From assembly GCA_046484865.1 (NCBI GenBank), contig JAWOID010000058.1:1-37740 (forward strand): a DNA stretch of 37,740 bases, in the 5' to 3' direction. Below the pieces are notes generated by a model that was given only the letters and a program-made list of their open reading frames with translations, ran no database searches and was not told where the DNA came from. Shown in pieces: positions 28,547 to 37,740 of the stretch. The stretch comes from Candidatus Krumholzibacteriia bacterium (GTDB taxonomy: Bacteria; Krumholzibacteriota; Krumholzibacteriia; LZORAL124-64-63). A program made the translations under genes and the position numbers. Numbering within the stretch: the first letter of the stretch is position 1; every line of letters starts with the position of its first letter.

Positions 28547-29995
28547 TCAACTCCGGCGCCACGCCTCCGGCAGCAGCAGCACCAGGACAGTGTAGATCTC
28601 CAGGCGCCCGGTCAGCATGAAGAAGATCAGCAGCCACTTCTCGCCGGCGACCAGGCCGGCGTAGTTGCTCGCCGGACCCACCTCGCCCAGACCGGGCCCG
28701 ATGTTGCTCAGTGTGGCGGCGGTGGCGCCCACGGCGGTCACCAGGTCCCGCCCGCCCAGCGTCAGCACCAGGACGCCCGCCAGGTACATCAGCATGTACA
28801 GGAGGAAGAAGCCCAGCACGTTGGTGGCCAGCCCGGGCGACAGCGAGCGCTCGTTGAACCACAGGTTGTACACCGCGCGGGGGTGCAGCAGCTTGACCAT
28901 TTCCACCTTGGCGTGCTTCAGCAGCACGATGATCCGCATCACCTTGATGCCGCCGCCGGTGGAGCCGGCACAGCCGCCCATCGCCATCAGGACCAGGAGC
29001 CCGGCGGCTGCGAACGGCGGCCACAGCAGGTAGTCGGCCGTGCCGAATCCGGTGGTGGTGGCGATGGCCACCACCTGGAACACGGCGTCGCGCAGCGCGT
29101 CGTGCACATCGCTGTAGAGGCCGTGCGCGAGCAGCAGCACCGCGATGACCACGCTGAACCCCACCAGCACCTTCACGAAGAAGCGCAGCTCCTCGTCGCG
29201 GAAGTACACGCGCCCCCGCCCGCGCAGCGCCAGGTAGTGCAGCGTGAAGTTCGTGCCAGCGAGGAACATGAAGACGACCACGATCCACTCGACCGCAGCG
29301 CTCTGGTAGGCGCCGACACTCGCGTCCCGGGTGCTGAAGCCGCCGGTCGCCATGGTGGCGAAGCCGTGGCAGACCGCGTCGAACAGGCTCAGGCCGGCGA
29401 GCCACAGCGCCAGGGTCTCGAGCGCCGTGAGCAGGACGTAGACCCCCCACAGCAGCTTCGCCGTCTGCCGGATCCGCGGTGTGAGACGGTCCGGAGTGGG
29501 GCTCGGCACCTCCGCCCGGTAGAGCTGCATGCCGCCCACGCCCAGCAACGGCAGGATGGCCAGGGCGAGGAGCACGATCCCCATGCCGCCGAGCCAGTGG
29601 GTGAGCGCCCGCCAGAAGAGCACGGCGTGGCTCTGGCCCTCGATGTCGCGGAGGATGGTCGCACCGGTGGTGGTGAAGCCGGAGATGGACTCGAAGACGG
29701 CGTCCGTGACGTCGGGAATGGCGCCGGTCGCAACGTAGGGCGCGGCGCCGAGGACGCCCACCACCAGCCAGCCGAGGGTGACCACCGCGAACCCCTCGCG
29801 CGCCCTCAGGTCGCCGGCGCCGCGACCGGCGGCCAGGCAGGCGCCGCCCGCCACCGCGCCGACGAGCGCGGTCACGAGGAACGCCGGTCCGTCGCCCTCG
29901 CCATAGCCGAAGGACACCGCCGCCGGCACCACGAGGCACGCTGCGGTGACCACCAGCAGGAACCCCAGCACCTGGACCACCGCGCGCAGGTTCAC
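28547..29995 (-). CDS. trkH: Trk K+ uptake membrane protein
   Basis: FESISGFTTTGAT, WLGGMGI, TGGFS, TTTGF, GGCAGSTGGGIK, NIGPG, GRLEI; RBS AGGAGAG before GTG 29995. Confidence 0.95.
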   Translation of the reverse strand: MNLRAVVQVLGFLLVVTAACLVVPAAVSFGYGEGDGPAFLVTALVGAVAGGACLAAGRGAGDLRAREGFAVVTLGWLVVGVLGAAPYVATGAIPDVTDAVFESISGFTTTGATILRDIEGQSHAVLFWRALTHWLGGMGIVLLALAILPLLGVGGMQLYRAEVPSPTPDRLTPRIRQTAKLLWGVYVLLTALETLALWLAGLSLFDAVCHGFATMATGGFSTRDASVGAYQSAAVEWIVVVFMFLAGTNFTLHYLALRGRGRVYFRDEELRFFVKVLVGFSVVIAVLLLAHGLYSDVHDALRDAVFQVVAIATTTGFGTADYLLWPPFAAAGLLVLMAMGGCAGSTGGGIKVMRIIVLLKHAKVEMVKLLHPRAVYNLWFNERSLSPGLATNVLGFFLLYMLMYLAGVLVLTLGGRDLVTAVGATAATLSNIGPGLGEVGPASNYAGLVAGEKWLLIFFMLTGRLEIYTVLVLLLPEAWRRS

Positions 29996-30037
29996 CGCGC
30001 TCGCTCTCCTGAGCACCGCCCGCGGGGACGGTTCCGG

Positions 30038-31375
30038 CTAGTCGGCGAAGAATCTCTCGACAGCCGCCACCCCGTCGGGCAGCGCGAAGACCACGACCTC
30101 GTCGCCGGACCCGAGGACCGTATCGCCGCGCGGCACGACCACCCGACCCTGCTCGAGCACGGCCACCATCACGGCCTCTCGCGGGAAGTTCAGCTTCTGC
30201 AAGGGCTTACCCACGACCCGACTGCGCGCGCCCACCCGGAATTGCAGCAACTCGGCTCCGGAGAACCCGAGGTGCTCCGCGCTGATCACCGCACCCCGCT
30301 TCACGAAGCGGGCGATCCAGGCCGAGGTGGAGAGCCGCGGCGACACCGCCGCATCCACGCCGAGCAGCGGCAGCAGCGGGACGTAGTCGGGACGATCCAC
30401 CAGGCAGACCGTCTTGCGGGCGCCGAGGTGCCGGGCCAGCAGGCAGGCCATGATGTTGGTCTCTTCTTCGGCGCTCACCGACACGAAGCCGTCCATGTCC
30501 GCCACGCCCTCGCTGGCCAGGAGGTCGGTGTCGGAGGCGTCGCCATGCAGCACCAGCGCCCGGTGCAACTGCTCGGCCGCCAGCCGGCACTTCTCCTCGC
30601 TGCGGTCGATGAGCTTCACCTTGATGCCGTTGGCCAGGAGGTCGCGCGCCAGTTCCCGGCCCATGGCGTTGGCCCCGACGATCATCACTCTCGTCAGCGG
30701 TTCGCGCTGCGCGTGGATGTAATAGAGGGACCGGTCCACGATCGAGCGCTCTCCGGCGAGGTAGATCAGGTCATTGGGCTCGATGACCGTGTTCCCGCGC
30801 GGGATCAGCGTCTCGTCGCCCCGGACGATCGTGGTCACCAGGGCGATGCGACCGCCCAGTTCGGTGTCGATCTCCTGCAACGCCTTGCCCGCCACGTACG
30901 AGTCGGCCTCCACGCGCGCACCCACGATGCGCACGCGGCCACCCGCCAGCTCGTGCACCTCGGTGGCCCCGGTCTGGAAGAGGATCTCGCGGATGGCGTG
31001 CACGGCCTCGTGAGCGGGGTTGATGGCCAGATCGAGCCCCTCGAGCACCAGCCGACCCTCGACGTAGTAGGCTTCCTGGCGCACCCGCGCCACCTTCACC
31101 CGCGCCCCCAGCCGGTGGGCGGTGAGGCAAGCGATGATGTTGATCTCGTCGCGGTCCGAGACCGCGGCGATGAGGTCGGTGTTCGCCATGCCGACCTGCT
31201 GCAGGATGCGCGGACTGACGCCGTTGCCCTGGACCACGCGGCAGTCGAGCACGTCCTGCACGGCGGCCAGCCGCTCGGCATCCTGCTCCACCACCACCAC
31301 GTCATGCTCGCGCTGGATGACCGTGCGGGCCAGATCGAAGCCCACCGCCCCGGCGCCGATGATCACGATCTTCAC
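30038..31375 (-). CDS. trkA: Trk K+ uptake NAD-binding protein
   Basis: [11 protein letters not shown], two RCK N/C repeats, [24 protein letters not shown]. Confidence 0.95.
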   Translation of the reverse strand: MKIVIIGAGAVGFDLARTVIQREHDVVVVEQDAERLAAVQDVLDCRVVQGNGVSPRILQQVGMANTDLIAAVSDRDEINIIACLTAHRLGARVKVARVRQEAYYVEGRLVLEGLDLAINPAHEAVHAIREILFQTGATEVHELAGGRVRIVGARVEADSYVAGKALQEIDTELGGRIALVTTIVRGDETLIPRGNTVIEPNDLIYLAGERSIVDRSLYYIHAQREPLTRVMIVGANAMGRELARDLLANGIKVKLIDRSEEKCRLAAEQLHRALVLHGDASDTDLLASEGVADMDGFVSVSAEEETNIMACLLARHLGARKTVCLVDRPDYVPLLPLLGVDAAVSPRLSTSAWIARFVKRGAVISAEHLGFSGAELLQFRVGARSRVVGKPLQKLNFPREAVMVAVLEQGRVVVPRGDTVLGSGDEVVVFALPDGVAAVERFFAD

Positions 31376-32397
31376 GCCGCCGCCCCCGGAAATGTGTTCA
31401 GCGCGGCCAGGGAGGCCTCCACCTCCGCGGCGGACACCCCGAGGTGCGGCACCAGGCGGATGCGCCCCGCGCCGAACCCCACCGCCAGCACGCCCTCGCC
31501 GCGCAGATGCTCCAGCAGCTGCGGCGGCGTGGCCGGGGGTGCCACGTCGATGATGACGATGTTGGTCTGCACGGCATGGTTCACCGCCAGCGCCGGGTTC
31601 TCCAGCCCCTCGGCCAGCCGTCGCGCGTGCGCGTGATCCTCGGCCAGCCGTTCGAGATGATGCTCGAGCGCATACAGGCAGGCCGCCGCCAGGATGCCCA
31701 CCTGGCGCATGCCGCCGCCGAGACGCTTGCGGTATCGGTGGGCCAGACGGATCGTCTCGGCATCGCCGGCCAGGGCCGAGCCCACCGGGGCGCCGAGCCC
31801 CTTGGAGAAGCAGACGCTCACGGTGTCCACCGGCGCGGCCAGCCGGTCCAGCGGCAGACCCGCGGCCACGTGGGCGTTCCAGAGCCGCGCGCCGTCGAGG
31901 TGCACCCGCAGCCCACGCTGGTGTGCCTCGTGGGCCAGCATCTGCGCGGTCTCCTGGGGCAGGATGCGCCCGCCCGCGCCGTTGTGCGTGTTCTCGAGGC
32001 AGAGCAGCCGCGGCGGGGCGAAGTGCACGTCGTCCGGGTGCACCGCCGCCGCCACGTCGGCCCAGGACAGTACGCCCTCGCTCCCCGCGACCGGCGTCAG
32101 GTGCACACCGCTGAGCGCCCCGGGAGCGCCGCCCTCGTAATTGTAGATGTGGGCACCGGCCTCGAGCAGCACCTGGTCGCCCGGCCTCGTCTGCGCCATG
32201 AGGGCGAGCTGGTTGCCCATGGTGCCGCTGGGCACGTACAGCGCCGCCTCCTTGCCGAGCAGTTCCGCCACCTCGTCCTGCAGCCGCAGAACGGTGGGGT
32301 CGTCGCCGAAGACGTCGTCGCCGACCTCGGCCTCGGCCATGGCGCGGCGCATGCCCGGGGTGGGCCTGGTGACGGTGTCGCTGCGCAGATCGATCAC
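31372..32397 (-). CDS. ltaE: Low-specificity L-threonine aldolase
   Basis: [57 protein letters not shown] (PLP Lys), GGGMRQ; RBS AAGGAG before GTG 32397. Confidence 0.95.
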   Translation of the reverse strand: MIDLRSDTVTRPTPGMRRAMAEAEVGDDVFGDDPTVLRLQDEVAELLGKEAALYVPSGTMGNQLALMAQTRPGDQVLLEAGAHIYNYEGGAPGALSGVHLTPVAGSEGVLSWADVAAAVHPDDVHFAPPRLLCLENTHNGAGGRILPQETAQMLAHEAHQRGLRVHLDGARLWNAHVAAGLPLDRLAAPVDTVSVCFSKGLGAPVGSALAGDAETIRLAHRYRKRLGGGMRQVGILAAACLYALEHHLERLAEDHAHARRLAEGLENPALAVNHAVQTNIVIIDVAPPATPPQLLEHLRGEGVLAVGFGAGRIRLVPHLGVSAAEVEASLAALNTFPGAAA

Positions 32398-32542
32398 GGA
32401 CAGGCTCCTTCCCTGGCGCTGGACGCGGGGTGCGGGATGCATCCGGTGCGTGAACGCAGGAACCGGCCGCGCTCGGCGCCGCGGCGGCGTGAGCGGGCCG
32501 GTCCCCGAAGCCGACGGCCAGCCTGGACGCAGGAACGCGGGC

Positions 32543-32836
32543 CTACGACACCTGCGAGTCGGCGCCGGCCACGCGGTCCTTCAGCATCTTCGATACCTTG
32601 AAAACGGGGACCCGCCGGGAAGGGACGGGAACGGCATCGCCGGTGCGCGGATTCCTGGCCATGCGCTCCTTGCGCTCCTTGACCTTGAAGGTGCCGAAGC
32701 CGCGGATCTCGAGATGCCGGCCCTCGACGAGCAGATCGCCGATCTTCTCCAGGAAGAGATCCACGGTCTCGCTCACTTCCTTCTTGGTGAGACCGGTGCG
32801 CTGAGCGATGTCCTCCACGATATCGGCCTTGGTCAT
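32543..32836 (-). CDS. HU/IHF-family DNA-binding protein (IHF-beta-like)
   Basis: MTKADIV...LEIRGFGTF...ARNPRTG...[14 protein letters not shown]. Confidence 0.93.
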   Translation of the reverse strand: MTKADIVEDIAQRTGLTKKEVSETVDLFLEKIGDLLVEGRHLEIRGFGTFKVKERKERMARNPRTGDAVPVPSRRVPVFKVSKMLKDRVAGADSQVS

Positions 32837-32901
32837 GCCTCCACCCTCCTTCTCCCTGAGCGGCGCTGCCTGGCTGGCCCGAACGACGTTATCAATACGG
32901 C

Positions 32902-32930
32902 ATGGTCACGCATAAGATGCGACCTGTCAA
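32902..32930 (-). promoter_or_regulatory. Probable sigma70 promoter for the HU/IHF gene (TTGACA-N17-GACCAT) with spacer dyad CGCAT-N3-ATGCG
   Basis: tgtcaa 32925-32930; atggtc 32902-32907; cgcataagatgcg 32909-32921. Confidence 0.5.
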
Positions 32931-33156
32931 GGATTTCTAACCTGCGGGACCCCCGGTCCCGATCGCCTGCCCTCCTCCCGGATTCGTCCCCGCCCGGGAC
33001 GCGCAAGATGCAACGGCGGCAGCTGGGGAACAGGGCAAGTCGAGATGGCCCCGACTGCGCGGGAAGCTCCCCGTCGTTTCCTGCGCTTCCCTGGGTTCCC
33101 GGATAATCCCTTGAGGCAGTGCGTTTTAGCTGCCGGCGAAACGGTAACCGTTGCAG

Positions 33157-33172
33157 TGGCATCGGGTTTGCA
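33157..33172 (+). promoter_or_regulatory. sigma54 (-24/-12) promoter TGGCATCGGGTTTGCA upstream of the lipoprotein gene
   Basis: GG-N10-GC spacing (33158-59, 33170-71) with TGGCA and TTGCA flanks, in an intergenic region; predicted +1 near 33183. Confidence 0.65.
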
Positions 33173-33290
33173 GCCGGGCCGCCGACGACGGCCGGGAGGG
33201 AGAGTCCCGTGCAACCGTGCCACTGCAACGACACTCTCCCGGCCGTCACACAACGCCATCGGGGACTTGGGGTAAGAAGGAGGACCATCC

Positions 33291-33698
33291 ATGTCAGGCA
33301 AGAAGCTCGCGCTCGTATTCACCATCGCGGCGGTCATGGCGATCACCGGCTGCAGCAGCGATGAGAGCCCCACCGCCGTCCGCGACACCGCCCCGCCCGC
33401 CGTGCCCGTCGGGCTTCACGGCGTCCTCACCGAGGGTGTCGTGGACCTGAACTGGCAGGAGAACACGGTGGACGCCGACTACGCCGGCGTTCTCATCTAC
33501 CGCACCGTCGAGGACAGCCCGAGCGTCCTGCTGACGCCGACGCCCGTCACGGCGCAGACCTACCGGGACGAGAACCCGGCGACCGGCGTCATCACCTACA
33601 GCGTGACTGCGGTGGACCTGATCGGCAACGAGAGTGCGGCCACGAGCGCGCTCATCGTCAACGGCTCCATCCACGTGCCGCAGCGGACGGCGAACTGA
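33291..33698 (+). CDS. Small lipoprotein with one fibronectin type III-like domain
   Basis: RBS AAGGAGG; lipobox AITGC; DTAPPAVP.GL...LNW...Y.IYR...Y.D...YSVTAVDLIGNES. Confidence 0.85.
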   Translation: MSGKKLALVFTIAAVMAITGCSSDESPTAVRDTAPPAVPVGLHGVLTEGVVDLNWQENTVDADYAGVLIYRTVEDSPSVLLTPTPVTAQTYRDENPATGVITYSVTAVDLIGNESAATSALIVNGSIHVPQRTAN

Positions 33699-33737
33699 AC
33701 CGGACCGCGGTTCCCCTTCGCCGGGTGCTCCGATGAG

Positions 33738-33763
33738 GGCCTCCCGCCACTCGGCGGGAGGCC
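33738..33763. terminator. 11-bp GC hairpin between convergent genes (no U-tract)
   Basis: ggcctcccgcc-actc-ggcgggaggcc. Confidence 0.5.
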
Positions 33764-33785
33764 TCGTGCTGTCGAACGCCCGTGC

Positions 33786-34460
33786 TCAGGCCAGAAGTCC
33801 TGCCACTGCTCCCGCCAGGGCGAAGAAGGGCGCCATCACCCGCCCGATGACGTCGCCGAGGACGGTGGCATCCGAGAAGCGGAGCACCACCAGCAGTCCC
33901 AGCATCAGGAGGAACCCGTACCGGCCGAGCGCCAGGTAGCGCGCGCGCAGCGCGGCCGGCAGGTACCGGGCGAGGATCCAGCTCCCGTCCAGCGGCGGCA
34001 CCGGCAGGGCGTTGATGACCGCGAGCCAGACGTTCGCCAGAATCCCCACCCGCAGGAACAGTTCCAGGAGATTCACTCCCGGCACCTCTGCCAGCCCGGG
34101 GTTCGCCCGCATGCTCCCGACGAGCAGTCCCCAGAGCACGGCGCTCAGCAAAGCCAGGAGCAGGTTGCTGCCGGGACCGGCCGCGGCCACGCTGGCCTGG
34201 CCGGCCACGGGGTCGCGCATGCGGTCCGCTCGCACCGGGACGGGGCGCGCCCAGGCGAGCAGCATGCCGCTGGACAACACCAGCAGCAGGGGCACCACGA
34301 TGCTGCCGACCGGATCGATGTGGCGCAGCGGGTTCAGCGTCAAGCGGCCGGCGTCGCGCGCCGTGGTGTCGCCCAGGCGCAACGCCACCCAGCCATGGGC
34401 GTACTCGTGCACGACCGCGGACAGCAGCAGCACCACGACGGTCATGACGATCTGTTCCAC
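33786..34460 (-). CDS. Site-2 protease (M50) family membrane metalloprotease
   Basis: HEYAHG, GRLTLNPLRHIDPVG, WARPVP, AGPGSN, NALPVPPLDG; start GTG 34460 (GGAG RBS) or ATG 34445. Confidence 0.92.
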   Translation of the reverse strand: MEQIVMTVVVLLLSAVVHEYAHGWVALRLGDTTARDAGRLTLNPLRHIDPVGSIVVPLLLVLSSGMLLAWARPVPVRADRMRDPVAGQASVAAAGPGSNLLLALLSAVLWGLLVGSMRANPGLAEVPGVNLLELFLRVGILANVWLAVINALPVPPLDGSWILARYLPAALRARYLALGRYGFLLMLGLLVVLRFSDATVLGDVIGRVMAPFFALAGAVAGLLA

Positions 34461-34582
34461 GGATCCGGCTCCGGCGGCGGGACGATGGTTGGGGCCGCGA
34501 CTCGGGCGGCGCACCGGCCCAAGCTTAGTGTGCGGCCTCGCCGGTGGCCAGCGCGCACCGCGGAACGCGGCACCGGGGCCCG

Positions 34583-35755
34583 CTAGGCGGTCCGGTGCGG
34601 ATCTGCGGCCGGATCGCAGGCAGGAAACGACCTCGCCGGCAGCGCCGACCAGGCGGCCCACACCTCGTCCACGCTCAGGTTCTCCATCCAGCCGTACTCG
34701 CCGCCGCGCGGATCGGGCGTGCGCCGCGGACTGCTGAGCGCGACCACTTCCGGCACCGGTGGCTTCCAGAAGTCGGGCCGGGTGGGGCCGAACAGGGCGA
34801 GCGTGGGCGCCCGCACCGCCCCGGCGACGTGCATGATGCCGGTATCGTTGCAGAGGAACCGCTCGCAGCGCGCCAGGAGGGCCGCCGCGGTGCCCACCGA
34901 CACCTCCGGAGCCACCTTCACCTCCGGCGGCGGTCGTTCCCCCAGGGCGGCCAGGAAGGAGCCCAGCAGATCGCGGTCCGATGCGCCGTGGAGCACGAGC
35001 ACGTGCCCGCCCGCCGCGGCCGCCCGGGCCGCCACCGCCGCGAATCGCTCCGGCGGCCACGCGTTCTGCCGCTTGCCGGCCCCGGGGTGCAACGCGCGGA
35101 AGCCATCCTCCCAGCCCCACTCCGCCAGCAGTCCGGCGGCCACCGCCTGCTCGGCCGGCGACGGGACCACGATGGTGCTGCGGTCGTCGGTGGTGATCCC
35201 CACGCTCCGGAGCGGGGCGAGATTGTCGTCCACCGCATGACAGTCGAGGTCCGGGGCGGCGGGCATCACCAAAGAGTAGGCGTCGCTGATGCGCCAGCCG
35301 AACGGCCGGCTGTCGCCCCCCACCACGTGGGGCGCGCCGCTGACGAGCCCGAGCACGGCGCTCGTCACCGAGAACGAGACGCTGTTGAGAACGAACGCGA
35401 GATCCGCCCGGAAACCGCGCAGGTCCCGCCAGAACACCGCCAGCCGGCGCGGATGGGCCCAGAGATCCTTGTCGAACCGCAGCACCCGGTCGATGTCGGG
35501 ATTGTGGCGTACCACGGCGTCGTTGATGGGAGCGGTGACGAGGGCGATCTCGGCACCCGGGTACGCGCTCCGCAGGGCCCGGAATGCAGGTGTGGCGCAG
35601 ACCATGTCGCCCATCTGATTGTGCTGTCGCACGATGAGCAGCCGTTGCGGCCGAAGGGCCACCAGTTCCGCGGGCGTCAGCGACGGCCGCCGGCTCATGC
35701 GCGCGGCGAGTCGGGTCAGGTGCCGCTTCAGCGGACGCGAGGTTCTGGCGCTCAT
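34583..35755 (-). CDS. Glycosyltransferase family 9 (LPS heptosyltransferase-like)
   Basis: MGDMVCATPAFRALR..YPGAEI, NPDID, LHPGA...WPPERF, NDTGIMHVAGAV..PTLALFGPT. Confidence 0.92.
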   Translation of the reverse strand: MSARTSRPLKRHLTRLAARMSRRPSLTPAELVALRPQRLLIVRQHNQMGDMVCATPAFRALRSAYPGAEIALVTAPINDAVVRHNPDIDRVLRFDKDLWAHPRRLAVFWRDLRGFRADLAFVLNSVSFSVTSAVLGLVSGAPHVVGGDSRPFGWRISDAYSLVMPAAPDLDCHAVDDNLAPLRSVGITTDDRSTIVVPSPAEQAVAAGLLAEWGWEDGFRALHPGAGKRQNAWPPERFAAVAARAAAAGGHVLVLHGASDRDLLGSFLAALGERPPPEVKVAPEVSVGTAAALLARCERFLCNDTGIMHVAGAVRAPTLALFGPTRPDFWKPPVPEVVALSSPRRTPDPRGGEYGWMENLSVDEVWAAWSALPARSFPACDPAADPHRTA

Positions 35756-35778
35756 CCCCGTACCCCTGGCGAAGGCTT

Positions 35779-35796
35779 CTGGCACGCCGGTTGCCA
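35779..35796 (+). promoter_or_regulatory. sigma54 promoter CTGGCACGCCGGTTGCCA (quasi-palindromic; GG-N10-GC on both strands)
   Basis: Exact TGGCACG-N4-TTGC on the plus strand; the reverse strand reads TGGCAACCGGCGTGC. Confidence 0.65.
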
Positions 35797-35806
35797 GCCG
35801 GAACGC

Positions 35807-36277
35807 ATGCCGATGCCGCACTCGAACCAGCCACGCTCGCGGGCGCTCCTCTTGACCGTGATCGGCGCGTCGCCCCTGCTCGTGGCGGCGCTGCTGATGA
35901 CAGGCTACGAGGTTCCCGCGCGGGCAGGGCGCCACCTGGGTACGCACCTGCCGGGCTGGCGCACCGCGGAGATGGCCGAGACCGTCACGCCGTGGCGCCG
36001 CTCCTGCCGGTATCTCCTGCTCGACCGCGTCCTGCACGAGGGCCAGGAGGCGGTCTGCTTCTGGCGCCTGCTGCTAGACACGCCGCCCCGGAATCCCGCC
36101 GGCATGCTTGACCACATCGGAGAGCAGGTCGAGGTAGGCGCCGTGTCGCCAGTCCGGAATCGCCCCGCGCGCCACCGCTTCCTTCACGCCGCAGCCGGGC
36201 TCGTCCCGGTGCAGGCAGGTCCGGAACCGGCAGTCGGCGGCCGGCTCCCGGAAGTCGGGAAAGTAGTCCGCCAGTGA
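35807..36277 (+). CDS. Hypothetical small membrane-anchored protein
   Basis: ATG at the predicted sigma54 +1; hydrophobic LLLTVIGASPLLVAALLM; fills the GT9-rsgA gap but overlaps the rsgA 3' end by 204 nt. Confidence 0.4.
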   Translation: MPMPHSNQPRSRALLLTVIGASPLLVAALLMTGYEVPARAGRHLGTHLPGWRTAEMAETVTPWRRSCRYLLLDRVLHEGQEAVCFWRLLLDTPPRNPAGMLDHIGEQVEVGAVSPVRNRPARHRFLHAAAGLVPVQAGPEPAVGGRLPEVGKVVRQ

Positions 36278-37069
36278 GGCCGGATCAATGTCCCACAGGT
36301 CGAAGCCGCGCATGCCGGGCGAGTCGGCGATGAAGCCGCCGGCGCTCAGCGGGAACAACTCCGTCCGGGTGGTCGTGTGCCGGCCGAGGCCGGTGCGGGC
36401 CACCTCGGTCACCCGCAGGCCGAGCCCGGGTTCCACCCGGTTGAGCAGGCTGCTCTTGCCCACGCCACTGGCCCCCAGCAGGAGCGACAGGCGGTCGACC
36501 AGTCGTCTCGCCAGTTCCTCGCAGCCCTCTCCCGTGGCCGCCGACGTGCGCAGCACCTCGTAGCCGAGACCCGCGTAGTAGTCCCAGCGCGGATCGGCCG
36601 CGGCCGCCGGGTCGCGGTCCACCTTGTTCAGACAGAGCACGCCTGGCAGCTTGTCCCGTTCGGCGCTCACCAGGAGCCTGTCCACGAAACCGCTCTGCGG
36701 ATCGGGCTCGGTGACCGACTGCACCGCGACCACCTGGTCGAGATTGGCCATCAGGACCTGCTCGGTGTGCCCGCCGGTACGCCGGCCGGAACGCCGCGAG
36801 ATGCGGCTGCGCCGCGGCCGCACGTCCTCGATGATGCCCCGCGGAGAGTCCTCGTCTCCCGAACGGCCCAGGTCGCGGAAGGCCACCCGGTCTCCGACCA
36901 CCGCCACCATCTGCTCCCGCCGGTCACCGCGCTTGAGCCGCCCACGCACGCGGCAGAGCCACGTCTCGCCATCGGACCTCACCAGCAGGCTGCCGGCGGT
37001 GGCGCGCATGACCACGCCCTCGCGCAACTCCTGCGCGGGCTCGCCTCTCGGGTCTGCTCGCTCTTTCAC
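36074..37069 (-). CDS. rsgA: Ribosome small subunit-dependent GTPase A
   Basis: OB fold VVGDRV; permuted G motifs NKVD, GASGVGKSS, GRHTTT, DSPG; Zn site CRFRTCLHRDEPGC. Confidence 0.95.
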   Translation of the reverse strand: MKERADPRGEPAQELREGVVMRATAGSLLVRSDGETWLCRVRGRLKRGDRREQMVAVVGDRVAFRDLGRSGDEDSPRGIIEDVRPRRSRISRRSGRRTGGHTEQVLMANLDQVVAVQSVTEPDPQSGFVDRLLVSAERDKLPGVLCLNKVDRDPAAAADPRWDYYAGLGYEVLRTSAATGEGCEELARRLVDRLSLLLGASGVGKSSLLNRVEPGLGLRVTEVARTGLGRHTTTRTELFPLSAGGFIADSPGMRGFDLWDIDPASLADYFPDFREPAADCRFRTCLHRDEPGCGVKEAVARGAIPDWRHGAYLDLLSDVVKHAGGIPGRRV

Positions 37070-37168
37070 CGGACGATCGCTCCTTGTGGTCCCCCGCGGT
37101 ATGACTTAGGTTTTCCGCGAGATCAAGCTAAACCGACAGCGGGCCTCTCTCAAGGTGGTGCTCCCGCC

Positions 37169-37630
37169 ATGGACATTGCCGACGTGTTGAAACACACCTC
37201 CCCCGAGCTCTTCCTCCCCGACCTGAAATCCAACGACAAGCAGAGCGCCCTCGAGGAGATGGTCGACGGCCTGGTGGCCGGAACGACGATCACCCGCCGC
37301 GAGACCATCCTGCAGATGCTGCACAGCCGCGAGGAACTCGGCAGCACGGCCGTCGGACCCGGCGTGGCATTCCCGCACGGCCGCACGCTGGCCGTGCAGA
37401 AGCTCACCATCCTGATGGCCCGCGCCCGCGAGGGCATCGACTTCGACTCCGAGGACGGCGAGCCCACGTACCTGTTCTTCGTCCTGATCGCGCCGCCGCA
37501 GGACTCCGGCCACAAGTACATCAAGTCCCTGGCCGCGCTGACGGAGCGGCTGCAGGACAGCGGGCTGCGCGACCGTCTGATGGCTGCCGAGGACTTCGAG
37601 TCCTTCTGCGGCGTCCTGCAGGAAGGTTGA
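37169..37630 (+). CDS. Stand-alone PTS EIIA (fructose/mannitol/Ntr-type)
   Basis: REELGSTAVGPGVAFPHGR with the phospho-His; GIDFDSEDGEP..LFFVLIAP. Confidence 0.9.
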   Translation: MDIADVLKHTSPELFLPDLKSNDKQSALEEMVDGLVAGTTITRRETILQMLHSREELGSTAVGPGVAFPHGRTLAVQKLTILMARAREGIDFDSEDGEPTYLFFVLIAPPQDSGHKYIKSLAALTERLQDSGLRDRLMAAEDFESFCGVLQEG

Positions 37631-37633
37631 CCC

Positions 37634-37740
37634 ATGCATCCCCAGTTGCAGTTGCTGGTGGCGCTCCAGGACATGGAGCAGATGATCCGCGAGGCGGAGG
37701 ACCAGAAGCAGGCCGCGGAGTTCCAGGACATGGGCTTCGA
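37634..37740 (+). CDS. 5' part of a gene, possibly a coiled-coil / C4 zinc-ribbon protein; truncated by the window edge
   Basis: MHPQLQLLVALQDMEQMIREAED..., 3 nt after the EIIA stop; assignment rests on the N-terminus only. Confidence 0.5.
   Translation, partial: MHPQLQLLVALQDMEQMIREAEDQKQAAEFQDMGF

Noticed and set aside
32890..32902. IHF autoregulatory site (TATCAA)
   Set aside because: Only the WATCAA half of WATCAA-N4-TTR is present.
33206..33222. Second sigma54 promoter on the minus strand (TGGCACGGTTGCA)
   Set aside because: GG-to-GC spacing is 7 nt rather than the required 10.
33195..33245. Cobalamin or c-di-GMP riboswitch (GCCACTG and CCCGTGCAAC words)
   Set aside because: Only isolated words match; the B12 box, GGGAA-GG arm and GEMM GCAAA/GAAA layout are absent.
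35552..35565. Partial ACCCGGGT palindrome copies inside genes (also near 13496-13508)
   Set aside because: In coding sequence, lacking the full TGNA..TNCA flanks and GTCC prefix; expected by chance at this GC.

Overview
High-GC (~70% in coding regions, by eye) Gram-negative bacterial chromosomal segment, mostly housekeeping and accessory metabolism, with no rRNA, tRNA, CRISPR array, integrase or transposase visible. Left to right: a lower-GC stretch (1-500) with an outward-facing sigma70 promoter and a cluster of six palindromic TGNACCCGGGTNCA motifs, five of them in a degenerate tandem array, abutting a 5'-truncated response-regulator remnant; a czcCBA-type heavy-metal RND efflux operon led by a small Cys/His-rich gene; a secreted HExxH protease-like gene; an SCP2-like/cupin gene; a YajD-like HNH gene; an ABC-2 exporter; a tyrosine/homogentisate catabolic operon (hppD-hmgA-unknown-fahA-acetoacetate-CoA ligase) lacking maiA; a metallophosphoesterase; an NTT-like MFS carrier coupled to a Tat-signal NAD(P)-dependent SDR; a PilZ gene behind a sigma28-type promoter; ctpA, tmk, a CDP-alcohol phosphotransferase, rsmI, nadE, trkH, trkA, ltaE and HU/IHF; an FN3-like lipoprotein behind a sigma54-type promoter with an unusual leader; a site-2 protease; a GT9; rsgA; a PTS IIA; and a partial last gene. 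The best candidates for something new are the palindromic array at the left end, the unknown gene in the maiA slot, the NTT/Tat-SDR pair, and two sigma54-type promoters with odd downstream architecture. All calls come from reading the sequence and recognising motifs; no database searches were run.
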